From: Pyrinomonadaceae bacterium
GTDB taxonomy: Bacteria; Acidobacteriota; Blastocatellia; Pyrinomonadales; Pyrinomonadaceae
Assembly (NCBI GenBank): GCA_041744395.1
Contig: JBGTKY010000018.1
Span: forward strand, 22,389 to 86,388
Direction of reading: 5' to 3'
DNA: 64,000 bases
Position 1 is the first letter of the stretch; each line of letters begins with the position of its first letter. This document shows, piece after piece, positions 50,145 to 59,444 of the stretch. Made by a program: the position numbers and the translations under genes. The notes under the pieces were generated by a model that was not told the origin of the DNA, searched no databases, and worked only from the letters and a program-made list of their open reading frames with translations.

Positions 50145-51127
50145 TTCTTTCTGGATCGGCGAAAAATATCCCTAAACCGGGCAATTGATGGACCAATTCG
50201 TTTGATTATGCTTCCGAACTGGGCCGACAATCTTGAACTGTCGTCGAAAGGCGTTTCGGTATCTATTGAGGATTGTATCGGATTTGGCGGGATCCGTTTA
50301 CGGATCTGTTGCAAAAGGAATCGCGGATCCCTGTAAGCAACGCGGAGCGGCCTTAAACGCACATCAGAGGCCCATTCTTTCTCTACACACTGCGTTAGCC
50401 ACTTGGGGATACGCTTGGCTTCGTCTGCAAAAGGCAGGTCATTTAACGGCAGATCAAGATATCTGTGTGCGAGGCCGATCGTTGTGATGACCCAGCCGCG
50501 ACGGGTCTCACACACGCAGCCAAGGCATTTGTCCCAATCAAACGTCGAAGGGCGGTTGGCGACAGCATAATAGATGTCCCACAGCCGTTCCTTGTACTCT
50601 CCGCCATCGGTCAGCCAGTGGACACAAAGGATCCGCAAGTGGTCCTCAGCACAAGGATAGCGGACAGTTACGCCGTTGATCTCGGATGATTCCGATCTTT
50701 CGTAAAGTTGGGGCCAACTAAGGCTGTCGAGATGGCGAAGCTCCCGATGCAGATCAACCCCGCCGGACGGAAATTCCGGAGAGGCGATCAGTGCTCCGGC
50801 ACACCCATGATCGATGGCCGAAACGCATATATCCACATCAGCATACTCTCGAATGATCGAATTCGGATAAACTTGGGCCGCTACCCAGCCTTTTATCGTC
50901 AGCGTTTGAATTCGCTTGTCTGTAAAAAATGAAACGAAATCAGATAATCGGCGCTCTAGAATTTTCGCATTCAATGCAGGCCAGCGATCTATATTGCTCG
51001 GGACAATCGTATCTTCCATTGAAAAAAGCGGGACGAGCCCGCTTATCTTCCTTAAAAAATGATAGAAAGTAAATCCTGCTATTGTAGTACGCAAACCGAA
51101 CCTATACAGGCCGTTGCAGTCGGACAC
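50141..51127 (-). CDS. NTP_transf_5-type (uncharacterised) nucleotidyltransferase family protein
   Basis: Blocks KGWVAAQVYPNSIIREYADVDICV and VRYPCAEDHLRILCVHWL are typical of this family. Its stop overlaps the tsaB ATG (ATGA). The start is uncertain: 51127 overlaps the upstream gene by 49 nt, and the alternative ATG at 51019 does not. Confidence 0.65.
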   Translation of the reverse strand: MSDCNGLYRFGLRTTIAGFTFYHFLRKISGLVPLFSMEDTIVPSNIDRWPALNAKILERRLSDFVSFFTDKRIQTLTIKGWVAAQVYPNSIIREYADVDICVSAIDHGCAGALIASPEFPSGGVDLHRELRHLDSLSWPQLYERSESSEINGVTVRYPCAEDHLRILCVHWLTDGGEYKERLWDIYYAVANRPSTFDWDKCLGCVCETRRGWVITTIGLAHRYLDLPLNDLPFADEAKRIPKWLTQCVEKEWASDVRLRPLRVAYRDPRFLLQQIRKRIPPNPIQSSIDTETPFDDSSRLSAQFGSIIKRIGPSIARFRDIFRRSRKK

Positions 51128-51558
51128 CCAGGAGCCGCACAGTCAGCGACCAAGGCACAGGCACAGGAAAGGTTCGCTAATGCACTCTGCGGAGCAGCCA
51201 GTGACGCAACGATCGGAAGTGCCACCATCGCTCCGAGCCCGATCTTCTTGATCACATCGCGACGCGATTGGCCTGAGAACGTTGGCGAAATAGCCGTTTC
51301 CATTAAGTTATTTTCATTAAGCTGATCGATAGCCAGCCAAACTAGATCCTGAGAAACAGGGGTATTAGAACTGGCTTCCACGATCGATGCAATGTCTGAG
51401 ACCGAATTAACGCCATCACATGACCTCCAGACCAGTCCGGCAGTTTTATTAAGGCAATGGGCTTTGTTTGCTTCCATGTCATAGACAAGCACCTCGTCAG
51501 GAACTTCCTGGATCACCAGGCCGTTCTTTCGAGCAATAGGATTCTGCGAATTAATCAT
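51079..51558 (-). CDS. PqqD-like (RRE-type) protein fused to a twin-arginine-like hydrophobic segment and a 6-Cys tail
   Basis: I prefer the ATG at 51558, 4 nt after GGAGGAG. The PqqD pattern is LVIQEVPDEVLVYDMEANKAHCLNKTAGLVWRSCDGVNSVSDIASIV...DLVWLAIDQL. This is followed by SRRDVIKKIGLGAMVALPIVASLAAPQSALA (51175-51267) and NLSCACALVADCAAPGCPTATACIGSVCVLQ (51079-51174). Confidence 0.65.
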   Translation of the reverse strand: MINSQNPIARKNGLVIQEVPDEVLVYDMEANKAHCLNKTAGLVWRSCDGVNSVSDIASIVEASSNTPVSQDLVWLAIDQLNENNLMETAISPTFSGQSRRDVIKKIGLGAMVALPIVASLAAPQSALANLSCACALVADCAAPGCPTATACIGSVCVLQ

Positions 51559-51597
51559 TTTCTCCTCCATACTGTTGGCGAAAGTAAGACTCGTCAA

Positions 51598-52434
51598 CTA
51601 GTCATGATCTTTTAGATCTTCAATAAATTTAATAAGTACCGGTGCGAATTGCTTGGCGTCATATCGCATACCTTTTAGGATTATGGCATGTGCCAACGAG
51701 CTTTTCAACAATTTTAGTGCAAAATCCGCATTACTTGTCATAGAAATTGCATGAGGAATTGTTTCCATTATCCCATTTCCAACTGAAAGCCGCTCCGGCT
51801 CCCACCGAGCAGATTCTACATACTTTGTGAATACAACGTAGTTTATAGGTGTTGGATCTTTCCCAACGGTTGCCCCTAAGTCTTCTGGTGGGACACGAAA
51901 TAAACCCTTTAACGTGCGAACTGAAAGGTCACGAGGAAAAGGATGGCAAAATCCATCCACATCAATGATTGCATACTCATCAGAATAATATTCGGCTCCG
52001 CGAGTGACCAGTTCAGCTATCAGCGTAGTTTTTCCATCATAACTGTTACCGGGAAACATTATTCCACTGTTTTTCCATCGTACGACCCCGGCATGTATAA
52101 AAAGCTTGTCAAGGGCGAATTCCGCAATTTTTATCCTCACTCTGCTACTGAGCTCTCCAAATAAGAAGTTCTTATCAGGGGTGTGCCGTAGGTGAGCCCC
52201 ACTCTCAAAAATGTCGAAGCTTTGATCTGGGTTTGCCTTTATCGCAAATTTAAACCTAGCGTGTTGGGCAGAATCAACGAATCTCATATGTCCGACCAAC
52301 GCTCGTCGTAAAAACTGAGTAGCGTCGGTCAAAGTATCTAATGAATCGCTTTCGAGACTTATCGAAACCCCAAAGGACTCAAACGCTACTCGATTTTCAA
52401 ACATATTGTAGCTTTTCGGCTCGAGATCACTCAT
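51598..52434 (-). CDS. HPr-kinase-like (HprK-related) P-loop protein
   Basis: LFIHAGVVRWKNSGIMFPGNSYDGKTTLIAELVTRGAEYYSDEYAII matches the HprK C-terminal domain P-loop pattern. Strongly AT-rich gene. Confidence 0.65.
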   Translation of the reverse strand: MSDLEPKSYNMFENRVAFESFGVSISLESDSLDTLTDATQFLRRALVGHMRFVDSAQHARFKFAIKANPDQSFDIFESGAHLRHTPDKNFLFGELSSRVRIKIAEFALDKLFIHAGVVRWKNSGIMFPGNSYDGKTTLIAELVTRGAEYYSDEYAIIDVDGFCHPFPRDLSVRTLKGLFRVPPEDLGATVGKDPTPINYVVFTKYVESARWEPERLSVGNGIMETIPHAISMTSNADFALKLLKSSLAHAIILKGMRYDAKQFAPVLIKFIEDLKDHD

Positions 52435-52486
52435 CAGAAGTTGGCTATACTAAAATTAATATTTTTAATGTGACACAGATTGACGT

Positions 52487-53623
52487 TTAATGGACGATAC
52501 CTCTTAAATGAGGACATCTGAGCAGTAAACCACCCGAACTACCTGTTAATATTGCAATGTGAACGGTTAGATAGTTAGGGCCTAGCAAAAGAATGAAAAG
52601 TGCAGAAAGGGCAACACAAATCATGACAATAATATAAACTAAGGCCACATATGAATGGCTTTTTCCGGATATCGTTAGTCTTTGATAAATATGGCCTCGG
52701 TGTGCACGCCAAACTCTTTCCCGTCCGACTAGACGTCTGCAAAAAGTGAAAACTGTATCGAAAACGAATAGCCATATCATCGATAGCGCCAGCCACGGCA
52801 GAATCCCGTGGTCGATTGCCCCCGTTCGAGCAACTAACAAGGGCAGCGCAGAAATTACAAACCCGACGTACGCACTTCCCACGTCGCCCATAAAGATCTT
52901 GGCCGGCTGCCAGTTGTGAAACAAAAACCCCAAGCAGCTTCCCGCTATCGCAAGGCCAAATAACGCTGTAGGCTGATCGCCCACTATCAACGCTACCATC
53001 AACCACCCTACTGCGCTGACAACCGCCTGGCCCCCCGCAATACCGTCGATCCCGTCCATGAAATTAAAGGCGTTAATAATCCATACTATCCATAGAAAGG
53101 AAATTGCAAGCCCCCAAACCCCCAAATCAAGTGATTCAAATCCAAACGGCAAGGAAACTGACTCAAAGTAGCCGACCTCAACGATGACAGTGAGCGCAGC
53201 GATCGAGTGAAAGAAAAATCGAATAAGAACATTTACAGAATAAAGGTCATCCAGCCAGCTGATCGCCGCGATCAGAATACCACCCACTAGAAAACTCCAC
53301 GCGAAGAACTGGGGGAAAAACACACATACGACGATATAAGCAACCACCGTCAATACGACGATCACAAGCCCGCCTCCCCTCGGTGTCGGCTGATCATGAG
53401 AGCTTCGGTCATTCGGAACGTCCAGGAAACCGCGCCTCAGGCTCCAGCGTCGGAAAAATTCGACGCCAGAGTACGATGCGGCTAAGGAGATTACGAAGAT
53501 CAACAGGTAAAGCACGATTATCGAACGCTCAAAGTATCTTTCGATAGGCCTCAACAGCCGTTTCGAGGGAATATTTTTCTTCGGCCACGTGACGCGCACG
53601 CATGCCCATTGCCCGCAGTTCAT
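52487..53623 (-). CDS. MraY/WecA-family polyprenyl-phosphate N-acetylhexosamine-1-phosphate transferase
   Basis: Polytopic membrane protein. Motifs DVPNDRSSH, DDLYS, NAFNFMDGIDGIAGG. The start is uncertain: ATG 53623 overlaps the upstream GT by 95 nt, and TTG at 53554 is an alternative. Confidence 0.85.
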   Translation of the reverse strand: MNCGQWACVRVTWPKKNIPSKRLLRPIERYFERSIIVLYLLIFVISLAASYSGVEFFRRWSLRRGFLDVPNDRSSHDQPTPRGGGLVIVVLTVVAYIVVCVFFPQFFAWSFLVGGILIAAISWLDDLYSVNVLIRFFFHSIAALTVIVEVGYFESVSLPFGFESLDLGVWGLAISFLWIVWIINAFNFMDGIDGIAGGQAVVSAVGWLMVALIVGDQPTALFGLAIAGSCLGFLFHNWQPAKIFMGDVGSAYVGFVISALPLLVARTGAIDHGILPWLALSMIWLFVFDTVFTFCRRLVGRERVWRAHRGHIYQRLTISGKSHSYVALVYIIVMICVALSALFILLLGPNYLTVHIAILTGSSGGLLLRCPHLRGIVH

Positions 53624-54761
53624 CGGGCTGACCGATTAATTGCTGTATTGCCGCCACGATTTCTTCTGGCCGATTGGGAGGCACAGTTCTGCCAACATCA
53701 TCATCTTTGATGACAAGATCGAGCTCGGAACCTTCTTCAGTGATTCCAATTATCGGTTTACCGGCTGCCAAAATGTTATAGGTTCGGCTGGGCATTGAAA
53801 CACCTTTCATTCCCGAGACCAACGAAACTAAAGCGACATCGCAGCCATTGAGAAAATTGTTCTGATCAGACCGCGGTCGCGGATCTAGCAACGTTACATT
53901 GGTCAATGCGAGTTGATTTACTGAATTCTCTAGCCATCGCCTTTTTGCTCCGGTACCGAGAAAAACAAATTGCACATTTTCGGAATCTCTCATCAGTTCA
54001 GCCGCCCGAACTATACTTTCAATGTCATTCGGATGACCCATATTTCCCGCATACAACAAAACAAACCAGTCCGAAATGCCTAATTCACGGAGTAACGCAT
54101 TTGAGGATCGTGGCTCCGGGGTGACCGTTTCGAGTTCGGCCCAGTTCGGAATGTTGACAATCGGAATATCCAGCCCCTCGGTTTTTCTTTCTAATAGCTG
54201 CTGCATATCGCGCCCAACAACTATGATCTGCGCAGCATGCTTGTAAAGCCACCGATTAATGTGCCCTATAAACTGAGCAAGTACTGAATCCTTATGAGTT
54301 TTACCTACAGCAATAAGAATTTCTGGGTAATTATCATGTACAAGTAGAGAATAAGACGCGCCGCGAACCAGTGAGCTTATGGCGGCGACGAACGGAAGAA
54401 TAGGTGGCGTCGTAACAACTAGCACCTGATCACCAGCCCGGAATCGCCGAACTGAAGTAAAAAGCATCGTCGTCGCAAGGGTCATCATATTGATTACGCG
54501 AAATAAGACGATATTCTTATCAAGTGTTGTGCTCGCAGTCCGAAAGATCTCGACGCCATTGTGAAGTTCACGCTTTGGAGCTTTTGTGCCTCTCCGCGAA
54601 TAATTTGGCTGCCCGCAAAGTGCGCGGACTTGCAGATCGCCGACGAGCCCTTCTGCGATTTTGGTCATGTAATAGCCCGTCGAGGTTTCCTCAGGATAAT
54701 AAAGTTCCGAAACAACCCACACACGCGATGTTTCGCTTTTCTTTTCTGATTCGGCCGACAT
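53529..54761 (-). CDS. glycosyltransferase family 4 (WbuB/WcaI-like)
   Basis: VWVVSELYYPEETSTGYYMTKIAEGL N-terminus. C-terminal GT-B nucleotide-sugar domain (LLYAGNMG.., PSRTYNILAAGKPIIG). Confidence 0.85.
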   Translation of the reverse strand: MSAESEKKSETSRVWVVSELYYPEETSTGYYMTKIAEGLVGDLQVRALCGQPNYSRRGTKAPKRELHNGVEIFRTASTTLDKNIVLFRVINMMTLATTMLFTSVRRFRAGDQVLVVTTPPILPFVAAISSLVRGASYSLLVHDNYPEILIAVGKTHKDSVLAQFIGHINRWLYKHAAQIIVVGRDMQQLLERKTEGLDIPIVNIPNWAELETVTPEPRSSNALLRELGISDWFVLLYAGNMGHPNDIESIVRAAELMRDSENVQFVFLGTGAKRRWLENSVNQLALTNVTLLDPRPRSDQNNFLNGCDVALVSLVSGMKGVSMPSRTYNILAAGKPIIGITEEGSELDLVIKDDDVGRTVPPNRPEEIVAAIQQLIGQPDELRAMGMRARHVAEEKYSLETAVEAYRKIL

Positions 54762-54773
54762 TAATGTAATACG

Positions 54774-55955
54774 TTAACTGTTCGAAAGTGCTTTTTCGAG
54801 TACCGCGGCAGTTGCCGCTTCGACACTCGGATCCATCAGCCATTCCTGAGCAAAAGCTCTTGCCGACAATGACATGGACCGATACTCATTCTCGCCCATT
54901 TCAATACAATCGACCAAGACCTTCCGCCACTCGTCAACATGGTCCAACGGTATATTCCAGCCAAGACCTTTCTCTTCAAGTTCTTCCCATACGGTTCGAT
55001 CACTTATTATTAACGGGCAGCCGGCAGCCATTGCCTCAACAAAAACATATCCAAAATTCTCACCGAGTGTCGGCAAAACGAAAAAATGAGCATCCGCAAG
55101 GTGACCTAAAACGTCACGATTCACCATCGCTCCGAGAATATTTACTCGGATATTCGGTGAAAGGCCGGCGATCAAACGGTTGCACTCCGCCCAATAATGC
55201 TCATCCTCCAGCGGGCCGATGATATCAAGGTGGATTTCTCCAGTCGTCACGCCAATTAGAGCCTCAAGCAAAAATGCCAAATTTTTCTTTCTGGTGACGC
55301 GCGAAACAAAAGACAATTGTACTTTACCTTCTGTTTTTGGTGGTTTCGAGGAGAAAGTAAAATCGGGCAAGATCGATCTAGGTGGTAGGTCGGGAGCGGT
55401 CATGATCTGAGCTTTTCGGCCGAAGATCTGTTCGATCTCTTGCTTCTCGGCCTCAAATGAAGCCTTCCAAAGAATCCGATCGTAGAGTCCCGTAGCCTTC
55501 GCTCCGGCGATAAATGCCTTTTTCTTTAGGGGTTTTAAGTTGATAGCTGCGGGCGTAAGTTCCCCACACGGTGCCAGGATAGTGGGAATTTGAGAGAACC
55601 GGCTCGATTTTTTGAGCAAAAGATACTTAATCGCAAGCGTGCAAAAAAAACTGTTCAGGAAAACGGCATCAGGCTTTATATCGTTGAGAAGATAGCCAAG
55701 GTTTTTACGGTTAACCCCCGAGTCTGGAACGTAATAGACCATCGCCGATCCGATTGGATTCCATTCGTTAGTTTGGACCTCGGTATAAGGCCTCTTGTCA
55801 TTTCTGCCGTCGTAGTTTCTAGTGACTATAAAAAAATCATACCTGTCCGAGAACCTTTCGACAAGATTAACCACGGTCCACATTCCGCCGCCGCTGCGAA
55901 AACCGGGCAAATAATAGTCACAGAAAACAAGGATCCTTTTATTCATCCAGCCCAC
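54774..55955 (-). CDS. glycosyltransferase (GT-B fold, family 1/4)
   Basis: ILVFCDYYLPGFRSGG N-terminus. E-x7-E region ENFGYVFVEAMAAGCPLIISD. Confidence 0.8.
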   Translation of the reverse strand: MGWMNKRILVFCDYYLPGFRSGGGMWTVVNLVERFSDRYDFFIVTRNYDGRNDKRPYTEVQTNEWNPIGSAMVYYVPDSGVNRKNLGYLLNDIKPDAVFLNSFFCTLAIKYLLLKKSSRFSQIPTILAPCGELTPAAINLKPLKKKAFIAGAKATGLYDRILWKASFEAEKQEIEQIFGRKAQIMTAPDLPPRSILPDFTFSSKPPKTEGKVQLSFVSRVTRKKNLAFLLEALIGVTTGEIHLDIIGPLEDEHYWAECNRLIAGLSPNIRVNILGAMVNRDVLGHLADAHFFVLPTLGENFGYVFVEAMAAGCPLIISDRTVWEELEEKGLGWNIPLDHVDEWRKVLVDCIEMGENEYRSMSLSARAFAQEWLMDPSVEAATAAVLEKALSNS

Positions 55956-55961
55956 TATCGC

Positions 55962-57062
55962 TTAAGATCCATATCGACGTTGATTTGTGAATCCCAGCAA
56001 GATCTTGCTTACGGCTTGTGCGACGTTAGTTGCCAGATATTCCGGTGGCGGCGTCCAATCAGCAGGCTGCGAGATCGCAAGTTCTACCGATCTGAGAATG
56101 GATTCAGCAGTGGCTCCGCTCAGAATATTGCTACCGCACTCAACTGTTTCCGGTCGTTCCGTAACGTCCCTTACTGTGATATTTGGTATTCCGAAAATGC
56201 AACATTCTTCCTGAACTGTTCCGCTGTCAGTAAGAACTGCGAGTGAATTCTTCTCAAGTTTAACGAAGTCGAAAAAACCCATCGCATCTACGAGCACAAG
56301 CCTGTTTGGATCTACATCGATATCAAACTCGATGAGTCTTGAGGCCGTCCGCGGGTGAACACTTATCAGTACCTTTTTGTCAAAATGCGCGGAAACCTGT
56401 GAAAAGCCGTTCAGAATGCTTTCAAGACGATCCGGAATATCGACATTTTCTGCTCTATGGAGAGTCGAAAGAAAGTACTCAAATTCGCGGAGCCTGTGTT
56501 TCTCCAAAATCTTGCTCGAATCGATTTGGTCCCCGAAACCATCCAGTACCTCCTTTATAGGATTTCCTGTCACAAAAATGCGCTCGCGTTCGATTCCCTC
56601 CCGCACCAGATTTTCCTTACTGCGGCGTGTATACGGAAGCAACACTTGGCTAGAATGGTCGATGATTCGGCGGTTTATTTCTTCGGGAACCCGTTCGTCA
56701 TAACAACGGTTTCCAGCTTCCATGTGAAACACGGGAATCCCACGCCGGGCAGCAGGAATTGCGGACAGGGCACTGTTGGTATCACCAAGTATTAGGATCT
56801 TATCAGGCTTATATTCTTCAAGAACGGCATCTATCTTCGATAATATCTGGCCTATCTGATCGCCAAATGATTCCGAGCGAATTCCTAGGTGGACGTCGGG
56901 GGTTCGAACGCCGAGGTCACGAATAAAGACATCGCTTAGACTCTCATGGTAGTTCTGGCCGGTATGAACCGTTATATGGTCACAATGCTGATCTAGGATC
57001 TTTAGGATCAAGCTAAGCCTAATTATTTCAGGCCGCGTTCCGAAGATCGTCATTAATTTCAT
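55962..57062 (-). CDS. UDP-N-acetylglucosamine 2-epimerase family (WecB/FnlC/Cap5G-like, non-hydrolysing)
   Basis: MKLMTIFGTRPEIIRLSLI, ILGDTNS, HMEAGNR, TDSGTVQEE. Confidence 0.9.
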   Translation of the reverse strand: MKLMTIFGTRPEIIRLSLILKILDQHCDHITVHTGQNYHESLSDVFIRDLGVRTPDVHLGIRSESFGDQIGQILSKIDAVLEEYKPDKILILGDTNSALSAIPAARRGIPVFHMEAGNRCYDERVPEEINRRIIDHSSQVLLPYTRRSKENLVREGIERERIFVTGNPIKEVLDGFGDQIDSSKILEKHRLREFEYFLSTLHRAENVDIPDRLESILNGFSQVSAHFDKKVLISVHPRTASRLIEFDIDVDPNRLVLVDAMGFFDFVKLEKNSLAVLTDSGTVQEECCIFGIPNITVRDVTERPETVECGSNILSGATAESILRSVELAISQPADWTPPPEYLATNVAQAVSKILLGFTNQRRYGS

Positions 57063-57079
57063 AATTGAAGATACGGGGC

Positions 57080-58126
57080 TTATCCCTTTTCGATAAATCG
57101 TTCGATGTCGCCGCCTGCCGAGGCCAAAAGTTCCTTCAGTTCGCTTATAGAAACATTATCGTTTTTCGAAGAATACTCGGATTCTAAGGGTACGATCGAG
57201 TCTTCCGCCCCACGTAGCTCAGGAAGCACCGGGAGAATCACATAGTAATCACCCCGTTCGATAGTTCGAAAGCATTCTTCTTCCGACACCATTATTTCGT
57301 GTATTTTTTCACCTGGGCGAATTCCGGTGTATTCGATTGGCAGATCACTATCACCCATAAGTGCCATTGCCACATCCGTAATTTTGGCCGAAGCCACCTT
57401 GGGAACATAGGTTTCGCCGGCTCTGCCTTCGGATACAGCTGCGAACACTGTATCAACGGCTCGGTCTAGACTTAAAAGGAATCGGGTCATCTCCGGCAAA
57501 GTCACGGTCAACGATTTTCCGTTTCGTATCTGTTCAACAAAAAGCGGCACAATGGAACCGCGCGAGGCGATCACATTGCCATACCGAACGCACATGATCT
57601 TAGTCTGAGGGCAATTTCGGTTCGCTTCGATCAGAACACGTTCCTGCAATGCCTTTGTCATCCCCATTACATTAATAGGTTTACAGGCCTTGTCCGTAGA
57701 AATCCCTACCACTGTTTCGACCAGAAGGTCGTGTTCTCTAATTGCCCGGACGACATTCTGCGCTCCAACGATGTTGGTCAGTACCGCCTCATATGGATAG
57801 TATTCGCACGACGGAACTTGTTTAAGTGCTGCCGCATGGAAGATTACGTCCGCATTTCGCATCGCAGAGAGAATTGCCGGATAATCGCGCACGTCGCCGA
57901 TACGGAAATCGAGGATGTCGTCAGCCGCCTTGTAGATAACGTCATCAGTCGCGGTCGTACGATCCATGAAATCGAGCCGCATGTAATGCTGCTTTGCTTC
58001 ATCCCGAGAGAAAACGGTGATCGATGCCGGAAGTCCTGCCTCGCCGGAAAGCAATCTCCGGACAAGCGTCTGTCCTAATGAACCCGTCCCGCCGGTGACA
58101 AGTATACGTTTGCCTTCGAGTACCAT
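57080..58126 (-). CDS. UDP-GlcNAc 4,6-dehydratase/epimerase of the CapE/FnlA type (short CapD-like SDR)
   Basis: ILVTGGTGSLGQTLVRRLL Rossmann motif. FSRDEAKQ. The active-site region reads NVMGMTKALQ, i.e. M-x-x-x-K rather than Y-x-x-x-K, as I recall for CapE/FnlA. Confidence 0.75.
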   Translation of the reverse strand: MVLEGKRILVTGGTGSLGQTLVRRLLSGEAGLPASITVFSRDEAKQHYMRLDFMDRTTATDDVIYKAADDILDFRIGDVRDYPAILSAMRNADVIFHAAALKQVPSCEYYPYEAVLTNIVGAQNVVRAIREHDLLVETVVGISTDKACKPINVMGMTKALQERVLIEANRNCPQTKIMCVRYGNVIASRGSIVPLFVEQIRNGKSLTVTLPEMTRFLLSLDRAVDTVFAAVSEGRAGETYVPKVASAKITDVAMALMGDSDLPIEYTGIRPGEKIHEIMVSEEECFRTIERGDYYVILPVLPELRGAEDSIVPLESEYSSKNDNVSISELKELLASAGGDIERFIEKG

Positions 58127-59007
58127 TAGGTGTTTCTAAAACTGTCGTACGGCGTCGGATCTTTTGCCATTCTTTTGATCATCTCATCCCACGGATGCGG
58201 TCTGAAACCGGTTGCTTGTTCAAACCTGCTGCCGTCAAGGCTGCGGTCGATCTTGAAATCTTCATCCCGCGTGATCGTGATATCTGCGTCGTAATATTTA
58301 CCTACCAAAGTAAGTAGATCAAACTTATTGATCGGCTCGGCAGCGACGTGGTGTAACCCACTAAGTTTTTTGCGATCACTGATCAAACTAGCAATTATAT
58401 CTGCGAAGACGATAGTTGGAAAGCCGGAATATATCGCGTTTGTGAATCCCATGATGGTTTTGCCGCGGTTAGAGAGAAACCATTCGATCAAGCTGTGCGA
58501 AGATTCGAGTTCCCTGCCGATAATCGAACTGCGGATAGTCATGCAATTCGGTCCGATCAACTCGCCTAGGTTTTTGCTTTTGCCGTAAAGATCGGTTGCG
58601 TTCGGCCCGTCGTCTTCGTTGTAAAGCCCCATGACGCCGTCGAAAACACAGTCTGTACTCACCGATATCGTTCGAAAGCCGTATTTTGATCCCAACTCGG
58701 CCAAGCGATGCGGAAAAATGGCATTTATTTCGAGAGTAGTAATGACATCCGTGGCCGACGGCAACTGTTTAATGACGCCGACCGCGTTTATCACGACATT
58801 TGGCCGAATTTCAGCGATCGCAGCTTCGACAGATACCTTTTCGCGTACGTCAACATCCTCAATGATGTTGGAACGGTCGAAAATGCCGTATTTTTCAATA
58901 GAGGAATACTCTCCGCGGATCGTCGCCGAAACCTCGAACCGCGGGCTGAGTCGCTGATATAGTTTATGGCCCAGCATTCCGGTTGCACCGAAAATGAGAA
59001 TCTTCAT
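58126..59007 (-). CDS. RmlD-like SDR reductase (FnlB-type role plausible)
   Basis: MKILIFGATGMLGHKLYQRL. Length and blocks resemble the dTDP-4-dehydrorhamnose reductase family. 1-nt overlap with the next gene. Confidence 0.7.
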   Translation of the reverse strand: MKILIFGATGMLGHKLYQRLSPRFEVSATIRGEYSSIEKYGIFDRSNIIEDVDVREKVSVEAAIAEIRPNVVINAVGVIKQLPSATDVITTLEINAIFPHRLAELGSKYGFRTISVSTDCVFDGVMGLYNEDDGPNATDLYGKSKNLGELIGPNCMTIRSSIIGRELESSHSLIEWFLSNRGKTIMGFTNAIYSGFPTIVFADIIASLISDRKKLSGLHHVAAEPINKFDLLTLVGKYYDADITITRDEDFKIDRSLDGSRFEQATGFRPHPWDEMIKRMAKDPTPYDSFRNT

Positions 59008-59444
59008 TCTTTTGGAAGAGAACGTGAATAACTTTCAAAACAACGGCTATAATTATGAAAGCAAGCTAACAGTCCGAGGAAATTAGCTTGCATCTAGTTT
59101 TTAATCCGTTCTTATAAGAACACCATTGGCCATTCGGTAAGGAATCAATTACTAATGCGACGCCATGCGCTTGGAGATTGGCAAGGACTAAAAGTCCCCT
59201 TTGGAAAAAATCTGTATAGAAGATGCCGGCGGTTTTCCGCCGCTACTCCCGGCTCCTTGCGAAGAAGTTCTAACGTTCATTAAAAACAAAAATATCAAAT
59301 TTGACGAAATGAGTATTGTGACTTCAGAACGCATTGTCTTTCCATAGTGCCTCCATTTCCGCGCAAATGCCCAATCGCACTCTGGTTAGACCCCAGAATT
59401 CGGCGATAAACACATTTTGGGGGCGTTTCCTTACATTAAACAGA

